A DNA stretch of 61,593 nucleotides, taken from Alistipes sp. Lineage in GTDB: Bacteria; Bacteroidota; Bacteroidia; Bacteroidales; Rikenellaceae. The notes below the pieces were generated by a model. It ran no database searches, was not told the DNA's origin, and was given only the letters and a program-made list of their open reading frames with translations. A program made the translations under genes and the position numbers. The stretch lies in assembly GCA_045659225.1 (NCBI GenBank), contig JAZOWM010000012.1, positions 1-61,593 of the forward strand. The letters are read 5' to 3'. Shown here in pieces: positions 17,468 to 28,161 of the stretch. Within the stretch, counting starts at the first letter, position 1, and each line of letters starts with the position of its first letter.

Positions 17468-19912
17468 TTAATCAAAGAACTCGTCCTGCTTTATAGCCTC
17501 AACAGCTTGTGGCATTTCGGCATCTTCGCACTCCACAGCTTGCCACATAGCTGGGCGAACAAACTTATCGCTCTTGTTTATCGGTATATTAGGGTCGTTA
17601 TGCAACTTGCGTAGGAAGTCGCCCACAATAGGCAACGCCATAACCGAACCTTCGCCCTTGCGACCAAGAGTTATCTGCTGATCTTCGGCTCCAACCCACG
17701 CTCCTGCAACGAGTTTTGGCGTTATACCCATAAACCAAGCATCGCGATTTTCGTTGGTGGTACCAGTCTTTCCGGCAATCTCCACACCCTGCATATCGTA
17801 GCCCCAAACCATACGGCGACCTGTACCGCTGGTGATGACATTCTGCAACATTGTGAGCATAGTATATGCAGACTCCTTGCTAATGGCGTCTTGGGACGAA
17901 GAGGAGAACGAGGAGATGAGATTGCCCTGTCTATCCTCGATGTGAGTCACAAAAATCGGAGAGGTATATACACCCTCATTCGCAAAGGTTGCGTAGGCGC
18001 TAACCATCTCATACACATTCGATTCGAAAGTTCCCACACAGAGAGCATAGACCGGATCGATAAAGCTCAAAATACCCATATTATGGATAAAATCTGCCAC
18101 CGCCTCGGGCTGTTTTGCCTGCTTCATAACCCAAGCCGAATAGTTGTTTCGAGAGTGTGCCAAACCCCAGCGCAAAGGGTGAAGAACTGCATCGTTTTCG
18201 ATATTTACCGACTCCTTGGGAGACCACGCTGCACCCACTGCAGTTTCGATTGTAACAGGGAGATTCGGCACCATAGTACAAGGTGTGAGTCCAAGATGGT
18301 CGATTGCAAAGGTGTAGATAAACGGCTTGACGGTTGAGCCAATCTGACGTTTACCCTGCTTTGCCATATCGTACTTGAAGTATTGGAACGAAGGACCGCC
18401 CACATACGCCTTGATATGTCCCGATTGAGGCTCCATAGCCACAAATGCGCCACGCATAATACCCTTGTGGTGGAGTATCGAGTCGCGTGGAGAGAGGAGA
18501 GTATCGACCTCGCCTTCGTAGGTAAATATCTTCATCTTGCACCTCTCGTTGAAGCTCTCGTAAATATCCTTCTCGTGAACTCCCGCCGACTTCATATTGC
18601 GGTAGCGGTCCGAGTTACGCATTGCACGCTTGAGAATTGCCTCTCCCTCCTCCTCGGTAATATCCTGGAAGAGTTTACCCGTTTCGCGGAGCTGTCTATC
18701 CATCGTAGGCTGAATAACCTTCTCCATCTGCTTCTGCAACGATGCCTCGGCATACTCCTGCATTGTGGCATTGATGGTGGTGTAGATTTTTAAACCATCG
18801 CGATATATGTCGTAAGGTGTGCCATCCGCCTTGCGATTCTTGTGGCACCAGCCAATAAGCGGATTCTCGTCATACTCCTTGCACGCCTGCTCGTAGTCCC
18901 AAGTGGTATAGAAGTTACGGCGTTTTGGGCGTTGGGCATTCATCGTCAAGCGCAACATCTCGCGGAAGTAGGTGGCACGACCGTAGTTGTGCGACACAGG
19001 GCGATAGTTCAACGTAATTGGCAAGTCCGCCAACGAATCGTACTGCGCAGCGGTGATTCCTCCTGCCGCTTCGATTCGCTTAAGCACCGTATTTCGGCGG
19101 CGCAAAGCATTCTCGGGGTTGCGTACAGGGGAGTAACGGGTAGGAGCATTCACCACACCCACCAACACTGCCGCCTCCTGCAAGTTCAACTCCGCAGGAG
19201 TCTTACCAAAGAAGGTGGTTGCAGCCGACTTTATACCGAAAGCGTTGGAGCCGTACTCCACAGTGTTGAGGTACATAGCTATAATCTCCTCTTTGGTGTA
19301 GTTATACTCGAGTTTCAGGGCAGTAATCCACTCCTTGAACTTTGCTACTACGAGTTTTACCGTGCGTACAATCTTGTTCTCGCCCCTCTTACCGCGCGGA
19401 AAGAGATTTTTTGCCAACTGCTGGGTGATGGTACTACCTCCACCCTGCGAGGAGCGTTGCATAGCGATAGTCTTGACACCAACACGAGCCAACGATACAA
19501 GGTCTATACCCGAATGGGAATAAAAGCGAGCATCCTCGGTTGCCACCAAAGCCGCTGCAATAGGAGGCATACGCTGACCTGCAACCTCAACAAGTTGGGA
19601 ATCGTCCTCGGGAAAGAGGTCGCCATACTGCACATAGGAGCGATTCTGCACAAAGAAGCTACCCAACACTTGACCATTGTCCGCATAAACTTCGGTTGCA
19701 AGATTGCTCTTTGGATTCTCCAACTCCTCGAACGAAGGCATAGTTCCAAACACCCCCGTAGCCGTAAGAGTCAGCATAGTTGCGAGTGCCACAAGCGGAG
19801 TCATAGCCACTATCCACAGCCATTTTACCAACTGGCGGCGCTTGCCTCCCCTCTTGGTAGCACCTCTCTTCGGTGCGGTTTTGCGAGTTGTATTCTTCTT
19901 TTTTGTCTGCAT
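17468..19912 (-). CDS. mrcA: Class A penicillin-binding protein 1A
   Basis: TM anchor; GT51 motifs EDARF..HSG and GGSTITQQLAKNL; transpeptidase motifs STVK, SRN and KTGT. Confidence 0.92.
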   Translation of the reverse strand: MQTKKKNTTRKTAPKRGATKRGGKRRQLVKWLWIVAMTPLVALATMLTLTATGVFGTMPSFEELENPKSNLATEVYADNGQVLGSFFVQNRSYVQYGDLFPEDDSQLVEVAGQRMPPIAAALVATEDARFYSHSGIDLVSLARVGVKTIAMQRSSQGGGSTITQQLAKNLFPRGKRGENKIVRTVKLVVAKFKEWITALKLEYNYTKEEIIAMYLNTVEYGSNAFGIKSAATTFFGKTPAELNLQEAAVLVGVVNAPTRYSPVRNPENALRRRNTVLKRIEAAGGITAAQYDSLADLPITLNYRPVSHNYGRATYFREMLRLTMNAQRPKRRNFYTTWDYEQACKEYDENPLIGWCHKNRKADGTPYDIYRDGLKIYTTINATMQEYAEASLQKQMEKVIQPTMDRQLRETGKLFQDITEEEGEAILKRAMRNSDRYRNMKSAGVHEKDIYESFNERCKMKIFTYEGEVDTLLSPRDSILHHKGIMRGAFVAMEPQSGHIKAYVGGPSFQYFKYDMAKQGKRQIGSTVKPFIYTFAIDHLGLTPCTMVPNLPVTIETAVGAAWSPKESVNIENDAVLHPLRWGLAHSRNNYSAWVMKQAKQPEAVADFIHNMGILSFIDPVYALCVGTFESNVYEMVSAYATFANEGVYTSPIFVTHIEDRQGNLISSFSSSSQDAISKESAYTMLTMLQNVITSGTGRRMVWGYDMQGVEIAGKTGTTNENRDAWFMGITPKLVAGAWVGAEDQQITLGRKGEGSVMALPIVGDFLRKLHNDPNIPINKSDKFVRPAMWQAVECEDAEMPQAVEAIKQDEFFD

Positions 19913-19931
19913 AATCTTTATTGAGATTGTG

Positions 19932-22900
19932 TTAGAATGGTAGTCCGAATCCTACCGATACAAATGGGCGTTTTCTGCCATGCGGTTGGTAGACCGAAAG
20001 GGTCAGCGATGTTGTCGCAGCATCGGGCATTCGGAATAGGTTGAAATCTATCGATAAATCTCCTCCGTAAGAGAAGAGTCGCATACGCTCAATATCGGTG
20101 GTTACGGCACCTGTATTATCCTTCAAGGTGGCGAACTTGCTATCGAACGAGGCGTAATCGAAACCTATGTTAAGGCGAACACGCTTGAAGTGGATAACAT
20201 TACAGCCTAAATCGGGATACCAAACTGGCAATGCGTAGTTTATGGAGGTTGCCACATAGTTACGATTCTCGATGTTTGAAGTATAGAAGCCTCGTGGCAC
20301 GAGTCGTCCCGAGTGGAAGGCGAGGTTCGACAATGCATCCTCGTGGTCGAAACCCTTAAGCGATGTCTGGAACGCCAAAGCCAACGACAATGAGTGATGG
20401 CGCACTATACCTGGGAAGTAGCCCTTTCCGTATATCGAGACGAGATGACTAAAGTTCTCATCGGCAGGGTTGAGTGCATAATTAAGCGACACAATCTGTC
20501 CCCAACGAGGTTGAAAATCCTTGTGAGCAAGGCGCACAGTATGTTGGTATCCTGCGCCAAACTGCAACATATGAAGTCCCTCTTTGTAACCTATTTTTGC
20601 GATGTTTCGAACTATGCCCTTGCCTACATCTACCGATAATCTGTCTATCTTAGCGACCATACCGTTAGAGTAGTTGTAGCCCGCCGAGAATTGAGCGATA
20701 TGTGTGCTATATCCCGCTTGGAAATAGAGCGGAAGCGAAGCCATAAGTCCTACGTTGTAGTAGCGTCCTCGGTCGGGTACTTCGTTCAGCACGAGCTCCT
20801 TCTTGCCAGTTACAGGGTTTGTTACATACTCCTCCTTGCCACCAGGCAAGTCCGGCTCGTATCTACCCGACAATGGATTTTAGAGATAGGGGTAAGTCGA
20901 ATAGAGTTGTTGAGTACCTCCGTATGTGTCATTAACACTCAAATTTACACCCAAGCCATAGTAGCGGAATGCGCCTTTGAAGACATTTCCCTCGCTTGCA
21001 TTCCACCCCCAAGTGAGGAATCCGTCAGCCGTAGATAGTATATTCTGCGACATAATCGTAGCTCCAAGATTGAAATCCAAAGCACCCTCCTCGGCAAGTG
21101 AAAATGGGTCGTACGACACTGGTGCCCACGAGTGAATATTGAAGAGGTGAGCAGGTCCGCTGTATCGTTTATCGCGCAGTGTGCGGTTGCTCTTTTTGCT
21201 CTGCAAGAGCATCGAGTCCACCCCCTTAAATCGCACCGTATCGAGGTTTACCAATCCCCAATTCTTGCGTTGCGGATTTACTACATTACGTGGCAACTTC
21301 GAATATGACACCATCGGCAATGTGTCGCGTCTAACAGCCTGCTCGGCAAGATGATAGCCATAGCGATTATAGGTTGTCATTAATACCGCATCACCCTCCA
21401 TAGGCATAGGTGAAAAAGAGCCGTATGTCGAGGTTGAAATGCGATACTCTCTCGAGGTGCGAAGGTCATAGCAATGCACCTCGTCCTTACCCGACTCTAT
21501 CGAACCGAAGTACAACACTCCGTCTTTAGCGCGGAGGTCGCTTAGGGTTATGTATGCACCCTCGGTCACCTGCTCAATCTCGCGATTCTTACCTACACGG
21601 CCGAGCCACATACCACTATCATCGGTAGCAAGGAAGTAGAGAGCTTTGGTGTAGTTGTCGTATGCCAAGCCGTGAATCTCGATATCCGAAGGTATCGTAA
21701 CATCTTCGTACTCGTAGCGCATACGTCTGTCGATATAACCCTGCTTGATAGTATAAACGCCATTTGGAGCGTAATTCACCCAGGCGAGTCGTTTGTCGCT
21801 CATAGGTGTTGCATACAAAGCCTTATCTTGACGGTGAACAGTCTTGGTATGACCATTCTCGAGGTCCATATAGCACAATGTGGAGTTTATACGCTCGGCA
21901 AAGAGCGCACTACGGCGATACTCGGTCCACCACACTCGCCCACCGACGACCTCGCTCGGACGGGTAGAAACAACACCTGTATATGCTACGCGTTGATTCT
22001 TTCCGTTACTCTTATCGGTCAGCACAAAGGCTTTAGGACGATCGAGCGTCTCGTAGAGCGACAACGCCTTATTGCAGCCGATATATTGAGGATAGCTATA
22101 CTTGATATAGCCCGAACTAATCTCCTTGGAGAGCTGAGTAGAGCTGTTCGGTTGATATGGCAGCGAGTTCCAATAGTCGTTCAAATCGGCAAAGGTTTCG
22201 CGAAAGAGTTTTGTAGTGGAGGTGTTGTAAAACTTCTTCATAGCTACATAAGTAGTGGCTATGGTGTATGGATTACGCACCGAGTAGCGAACTATCTTGT
22301 TCCAGATATTCTCGTTATACTTGGTGTTGGCGTATGCTGTAATCTGATAACCGAGTTGGTAGTGGTCGGGGATATATTCGCGATAGGAGCCACAGAACCA
22401 CTTGTTGAATCCGCGCTCCTGAGCAATATTGCCCATAGCGCGGTAGTGCATTGTGAAGCTCGGTTGCAGGGCGCGACCAAACGACGACATCTGCGTCTCG
22501 GACAAGGTGGCATCTCCCTCCAAACCCCACAACGGCATAAACAGGAGACCTATGGTAGAACTCTGCTGTCCGAGGAGGTAGCTAAAGACGCGAACAAAGC
22601 CCTTGTTTAGGTTGTTGTATTGTACCGCGTGACGGTATTCGTGAGCCGCCAACTGCTTGAGCCACGGCATCGAGTAGCCACTCACTGCTGGCGAGGAGAG
22701 AATCTCCACACGTTTTGGCAACCACATCACCAATCCATTCGAGGAGAAGTTCTCGGGGTGAATGACAAACGGAATCTTCATTGGGCCGTGACGGAATCCA
22801 AATCCAATATCAGGTTGCACAGCGCGAGCGTAGTACATCATCTTGTAGCCCAAGGCTCGAGCTGTATCGGGGTAAATGACATCAATCTTATCGCCCTTGA

Positions 22901-23018
22901 GTTGGCGCCATTGCATATAGGTTGGGTCGGCACCCCACGAGTAGTATTGTGCCGAAGCGATATGGGTTGCCACAAGTGCAACCACCACCAAAACTATATG
23001 CCTCACGACTCTTCCCAT
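19932..23018 (-). pseudogene. Metallopeptidase/beta-propeller/Omp85-like outer membrane protein interrupted by one in-frame TAA (20880-20882)
   Basis: ORFs 20880..23018 and 19932..20873 are in the same frame (..TAT CTC TAA AAT CCA TTG TCG..). The N part has a signal peptide and HEYRH..LEGDA; the C part has beta-strands ending FGLPF. Confidence 0.7.
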
Positions 23019-23357
23019 CTAAACCTTCTTGGTTCTCGAATAACCTTTCTGAATAAGCAATGCTGTAACGCGATCACGATGGTCGCCCTGGATGATAATC
23101 TCACCCTCCTTGACCGAACCTCCTACACCACAACCCTGCTTTAGCGCACGTCCCAAGTCGTTGAGGTCGCTCTCCGAGCCTACAAAACCTCGAACAATAG
23201 TTGCCACCTTGCCACCACGACCTTTGGTGTCGCGCCATACACGCAAGTTCTGCTTTTCGGGCGCAAGAGTCTCCTCCTCCTGCTCCTCTCCACAATCGTA
23301 TGTAAAGTCTGGATTTGTCGAATAGACCATTCCAAGACGCTCTTTCCAATCTGCCAT
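23019..23357 (-). CDS. Translation initiation factor SUI1/YciH family
   Basis: VYSTNPDF, KGRGGKVAT and CGVGGSVKEGEIIIQGDHR. Confidence 0.93.
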   Translation of the reverse strand: MADWKERLGMVYSTNPDFTYDCGEEQEEETLAPEKQNLRVWRDTKGRGGKVATIVRGFVGSESDLNDLGRALKQGCGVGGSVKEGEIIIQGDHRDRVTALLIQKGYSRTKKV

Positions 23358-23366
23358 AATATCTAT

Positions 23367-23394
23367 TTTAGCCTTTAGCTATCAGCCCCCAGCT
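23367..23394. repeat. Degenerate heptamer array (TTTAGCC family) in the SUI1 leader
   Basis: TTTAGCC TTTAGCT ATCAGCC CCCAGCT. Confidence 0.6.
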
Positions 23395-23498
23395 CATTAA
23401 AAGAGATTACATTACCCAAATTAACCTTGCAAAAATAATAATTATTTTGTCAACTCACACAGATTTTGTATATTTGTACACAAATATCACAAAAAAGA

Positions 23499-24560
23499 GT
23501 GGCAACACGCGAGGACAACCGACAACGTAAACGCGAAGAGATGCTCGAAAAGATACGAGCTAAAGCTCTCTTGCGAGGTAAGGTGGATTTGGAGAATCTG
23601 CCCGCCTCATTGCCTATTGACGATGGCAAGAGGTTGGTGCAGGTCTTTGTGGAGGGCTACGAGGATGTCGCCTTCTGGCGTAGCATCTTCGACCACTTTG
23701 CAAACCCATACCTCCGTTTCGAGATTTCGGTTCCTACGCGCAAAGATTTACCAAAAGGTAAAAAAGTCCTCCTCTCGATGGCAGAGGAGGCCTCCGAGGA
23801 GATGCTTTTGTGTATGGATTCGGACTTCGACTACCTCTTTTCCGATGAGGATGAGGTATCGCGTAAGATTGTAGAATCACCCTATATGTTCCACACCTAC
23901 ACCTACGCCACCGAAAACTATCTCTGCTACGCTCCGTCGCTGCACAATGTGTGTGTCAAGGCTGTGAAAAACGATACCCACATCTTTGATTTCGAGATGT
24001 TTATGGCTGATTACTCGCGCACGATATACCCTCTATTTTTGTGGTACGCCTACTCTGCCTCGCGCCATACGGTAAATGTGTTGCCATTGGCAGATTTCAA
24101 GTCGGCAGCACGCATCGGCTATATCGACATAGAGCAAAATGGAGCGAACACCATAGCGTGGTTGGGGCGCAATGTTGCTAAACGCGTAGCTTCGCTCGAG
24201 GCGGAAAATCCCGATATGGCAAACGACATACCTGCCTTTGCCGAACGCATCGCCCAAAAGGGTGTTACACCCGAGCTTACCTACCTATTTATGCACGGCC
24301 ACACATTGATGGACAATGTTGTTCTGCCGGTATTGAGTGGTGTGTGCGAGAAGCTTCGACAGATGTCGCTATCGCATATTATATGCTCATCGAAAGAGGG
24401 TGTTGCGCTGAAAAACGAGATGAGCAACTACTCAAATTCGCTACGTTCGATTCGCGATGTACTGCTCGATAACGAGAACTACACTTCATCACCACTCTAC
24501 AAACGATTAAAAGCTGATATTCAGAGATATATAGATTCGGCCATTTCAAACATTAAATAA
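23499..24560 (+). CDS. DUF4435 (TOPRIM-like) domain protein
   Basis: VFVEGYEDVAFW, GKKVL, CMDSDFDYL, TYTYATENY and GH motifs. The GTG at 23499 lies downstream of the -7 box TATATTTG. Confidence 0.8.
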   Translation: MATREDNRQRKREEMLEKIRAKALLRGKVDLENLPASLPIDDGKRLVQVFVEGYEDVAFWRSIFDHFANPYLRFEISVPTRKDLPKGKKVLLSMAEEASEEMLLCMDSDFDYLFSDEDEVSRKIVESPYMFHTYTYATENYLCYAPSLHNVCVKAVKNDTHIFDFEMFMADYSRTIYPLFLWYAYSASRHTVNVLPLADFKSAARIGYIDIEQNGANTIAWLGRNVAKRVASLEAENPDMANDIPAFAERIAQKGVTPELTYLFMHGHTLMDNVVLPVLSGVCEKLRQMSLSHIICSSKEGVALKNEMSNYSNSLRSIRDVLLDNENYTSSPLYKRLKADIQRYIDSAISNIK

Positions 24561-24565
24561 TATTT

Positions 24566-27079
24566 ATGAGAAACAAATTTACAATTTTAGCACTTGCACT
24601 CGTTGCACTTGTAGGTACAGTGTCGGCGCAAACTGTCGAGAAACCAGCCAAGCGCAAGGTCTATATGAGTTTTATATTGCACGGCAATATGAACTACGAC
24701 CGCTATGTCATCACAACATTGTGGCGCGATTTCCCAGTTATCTACGACAACCTGCTAACCTTTATGGACGAGCACCCCGACTTCAAGGGACAGCTTCAGT
24801 TCTCGGGACAGACTCTTGGCTCGTTGAAGCAGGCTGCACCACACGTTCTTGACCACGCGATGAAGATTCACAAACGCGGTCAGTTGAACTTTACGGGAAC
24901 ATTCTACTCGGAGCCCGTGAATGTGAATATGGATGGTGAAACAAACTACCGCTGCGCCTTGCTCGGTACTCGTATCGTAGAGGATTTCCTTGGCGCAAAG
25001 ACCGATGGATTCTACCTCCAGGAGCGTGCCTACCACCCACAGTTGCCGTGGATTTTGAACAACTCGAATGTCTCGTGGACACCTATCATCACCAACGATG
25101 ATTCGTGGCGTCCGTTCCGTCTTTCTGGCTTGGACGGTAGCTCTTCGGTATGTGTACCTATCACCCGTAGCAAGCCTCTTGAGAGAGTGCTCGTTGCTCC
25201 CGAAAATAGTCTTATTACCATAGAGGAGGACTACGAGATTCCGCAGAAATTTAGTCGTACATACGCACAAGTTGCCGAGTTTAACGCCACAAACCAAGAG
25301 ATTGAGGTTGAGTGGATTACAGTCAAGGAGTATATCGAGAAGTTCGGTCTTGGCAAGGAGCAGTATGTAGACCACTCGGCAAAGGTTAAGGACCTTGCCC
25401 ACGGCACCTATTCGCGTTGGACAGCCGACCCTCTCGACATCATCATCCAGAAGCATACCGACTATGCAATGGTTGACTTCCGCAGCGCAAATATCTTTAA
25501 CGCACTGTTGCACCACACCAATAATTGGAACGTGGACAAGGAGATTTCGCAGAACGATATTACAACTATTGACGACCCTCTCACCTGGAACATTGAGCGT
25601 GCCGACCTCTATCCCGAGGTTGAGCCAAAGTTCCTCACTCGTGACGGAAAAATCACCACACTCTCGCGTGCTGAGCACCTACTTTTGTGGGCGGTGAATA
25701 GCGACTCGAAGGGCTGGTATCCACTCTACGAGAAGCGTAGCGAACGTAACACCTCGTTGCTCAATAGTTCGTTGCTCTCGAAGAGTCTTATCAACGATGG
25801 TATGGATAAGATTGCCCAAAATGTAAAGTTGAAGGGTTACGATAGCTACTTTATGGCTCTCTGTATGGAGCACTCGGCTGAGCGCACCATAACCATAGAG
25901 AGCGACAAAGCGTATGCCATCTACGACTATGCTACAGGCAAGAGCCTCAACAGCCGATGCACACGCACAGCCGAGGGTTATACCATCGAGTTCAAGAGCG
26001 AATTGCCATCGTTTGGCTACGCTATTTTCGGCGCAAAGAGTCTCGAAAAGGCGGAGGTTAAGAGCTGGCGCGAGGGCAACACCATCACTGCCGACAACAT
26101 CTCCATTACCGCTTCGGAGGATAAGATCATCATCACCGAGGGTGGTCGCAAAACAGAGTTAAGCCTTGCTCCATTCCAGATTAAGGCTTTGGCAGATATG
26201 AAAGATGGCAAGGGTGATGGCGAATGGCGCGCCGCCAAGCAGTATGGCGCAACTCGAACAAAGGTGTGTGGCTCGGAGCTTATCGTAGACCGTCAGTTGG
26301 ATTGGTTGCTCCATATGCGTCAGCACTTCGTAATAGAGTCTGGACGTGTGGTCTGCAATATCGACTTCACAGCTCCTCACCCTACAATCATTCGTAGAGT
26401 GGGTGGCAAGGCTCGTTCGTTCGATCCACGAGGTCTCGATTTGGTAATCAATACTGGCTCTCCTTGCAAAACTATATTCGACATCCCATTCGGTTTGAGC
26501 GAGTATTCGAAGGGTGGCGAGGGACACTTCTGCTTGTTGAATATGTGTGCATTGGAGGATAAAGAGGGAGGTCTTGTAGTGACGCCTCGCACTGGCGAGC
26601 AGGGCTTCTCGGTGGATGCCGATAAGGGTGAGATGACTCTCTACCTCGGAGCATCGACCGTAGGTGGACCTATCAGAGATGTAACTCTCACATTTGTCAC
26701 ACCTGTAAATGTAAAGCAGGAGGCTGCGTGGTACCACGAACCTTTCCACGGCACATATAGCCACACCATAATCTTCGACTCCTACAAGGGAACTTGGCAA
26801 CAGAGCGAGGCTCTACAGCAGGTTCGCAAGGCTGTAGTACCTATCTATACTCGCGAGGTGGTAGGCGCAAGCAAGGGTGGCAAAATGGCAGCCAAAGGTT
26901 CACTTCTGCAGTGTTCTTCTGCAAATGTGGACATAACATCGGCAGAGATTGCGAATGGTAAGTTGCAACTTCGCCTAAACGAGCGAATGGGCAAGTCGGC
27001 ACAGGTTAAGCTCAACACCTCAAAGGGTGGTGCAGTTGTCGATATAAAGCCATTTGGTATCGTAAGTCAAGAGTTGTAG
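24566..27079 (+). CDS. Secreted glycoside hydrolase-like protein (GH57/GH38-type barrel plus GH38-like C-terminus)
   Basis: Signal peptide, FILHGN, FSGQTL, FTGTFYSEP and GFYLQERAY. C-terminal FDIPFG, LRLNE and IKPFGI. Confidence 0.6.
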   Translation: MRNKFTILALALVALVGTVSAQTVEKPAKRKVYMSFILHGNMNYDRYVITTLWRDFPVIYDNLLTFMDEHPDFKGQLQFSGQTLGSLKQAAPHVLDHAMKIHKRGQLNFTGTFYSEPVNVNMDGETNYRCALLGTRIVEDFLGAKTDGFYLQERAYHPQLPWILNNSNVSWTPIITNDDSWRPFRLSGLDGSSSVCVPITRSKPLERVLVAPENSLITIEEDYEIPQKFSRTYAQVAEFNATNQEIEVEWITVKEYIEKFGLGKEQYVDHSAKVKDLAHGTYSRWTADPLDIIIQKHTDYAMVDFRSANIFNALLHHTNNWNVDKEISQNDITTIDDPLTWNIERADLYPEVEPKFLTRDGKITTLSRAEHLLLWAVNSDSKGWYPLYEKRSERNTSLLNSSLLSKSLINDGMDKIAQNVKLKGYDSYFMALCMEHSAERTITIESDKAYAIYDYATGKSLNSRCTRTAEGYTIEFKSELPSFGYAIFGAKSLEKAEVKSWREGNTITADNISITASEDKIIITEGGRKTELSLAPFQIKALADMKDGKGDGEWRAAKQYGATRTKVCGSELIVDRQLDWLLHMRQHFVIESGRVVCNIDFTAPHPTIIRRVGGKARSFDPRGLDLVINTGSPCKTIFDIPFGLSEYSKGGEGHFCLLNMCALEDKEGGLVVTPRTGEQGFSVDADKGEMTLYLGASTVGGPIRDVTLTFVTPVNVKQEAAWYHEPFHGTYSHTIIFDSYKGTWQQSEALQQVRKAVVPIYTREVVGASKGGKMAAKGSLLQCSSANVDITSAEIANGKLQLRLNERMGKSAQVKLNTSKGGAVVDIKPFGIVSQEL

Positions 27080-27080
27080 C

Positions 27081-27122
27081 AAAATAATAAATGGGAGCCG
27101 TTAAGCACCCATTTATTATTTC
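27081..27122. terminator. Bidirectional terminator
   Basis: AAAATAATAAATGGG/CCCATTTATTATTTT inverted repeat between convergent genes. Confidence 0.8.
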
Positions 27123-27137
27123 ATATAGATTGTACCT

Positions 27138-28151
27138 CTATTTAGCAAAGCACTTCGGAGTGCGGAGTGTAATCTCCTCCACACGGCGAATAATCTTTGC
27201 TCGCTGCTTGTCGTTTACGATGTAGTAGTGGCGATTCGATGCCTTATCCTCGACAAAGAATGTATTGCTCTTGAAATCGACCTGCACCATACCTGCCTTC
27301 GAAATCGAAGCATAACCACCCTTTGGCTCTGCTGCAAAGAGCACAGCTGTAGGGTCCCACAATGGGCGGTTGTAAGGCATCTGCTGATAGTATTCGAAAG
27401 CCTTTACGCAAGGGTGATTCTCCACATAGTTATAGCCCTTGTAGATAGCCTGCCAAGGGTAGAGGATTGTGCGACCAAGCAGATAGTCGGTGAAGTACAT
27501 CGGCACAGGGCACTCGGCATAGAACTTAACCGCAGCAAAGTGATCCTTGCGAACATTATATTCTGCCTTCTGCTCCACAAAGTTACCAGCCATAATCACC
27601 ACTTTTTCCACCTTTTTAGCGAACAACTCCTTCCCGCCGAGCGGAGAGTGCTCATCACCCTTCGACTCCATCATACGGGCTAAATTGGTCGAGAAACCTA
27701 CTGCCACAACCACCACGCTATTGTCCTCCTCCTTTGCGAGGAGCTGGCGGAGCAACTTGTAGCCATCCGGAAGTGCATCCCAATCCTTCACGGTGTGCTT
27801 GTAGGTGTTGTTTGCCACCACATAGTCGGCATAGTTCAAACGCTTCGATGTTGCGGTATCAACATAACCCTCCTCAGGGTAGATTTTTGCAATGCCGATA
27901 GGGATATTCGGATAGCCATAGAGGGTGTTCATAGCATCGATAAACTTCACGCTACCACCCTCGCGCTTGCTCGAGAGAATACCGAGAAGGTTGATAGTAC
28001 CTTCGTCTTGGTATTTGTAGAGCATATCGAGTGCAATCACATCATCAACATCGTTACCCATATCGGTATCGAAGATAATCTTGATAGGCTTTGCCGCCTC
28101 AACCGAAGCAAAGGCAAAGATTGCCAAAAGGGCAAAAAGAGCTCTTTTCAT
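27138..28151 (-). CDS. Nucleoside hydrolase (IU-NH family), secreted
   Basis: IIFDTDMGNDVDD, VGFSTNLA, MAG..EYN and WDP. Confidence 0.88.
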   Translation of the reverse strand: MKRALFALLAIFAFASVEAAKPIKIIFDTDMGNDVDDVIALDMLYKYQDEGTINLLGILSSKREGGSVKFIDAMNTLYGYPNIPIGIAKIYPEEGYVDTATSKRLNYADYVVANNTYKHTVKDWDALPDGYKLLRQLLAKEEDNSVVVVAVGFSTNLARMMESKGDEHSPLGGKELFAKKVEKVVIMAGNFVEQKAEYNVRKDHFAAVKFYAECPVPMYFTDYLLGRTILYPWQAIYKGYNYVENHPCVKAFEYYQQMPYNRPLWDPTAVLFAAEPKGGYASISKAGMVQVDFKSNTFFVEDKASNRHYYIVNDKQRAKIIRRVEEITLRTPKCFAK

Positions 28152-28161
28152 ATCGCTTCAA

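Noticed and set aside
20880-20882. Stop-codon reassignment
   Set aside because: TAA terminates many other genes in the window normally; this is a single isolated case.
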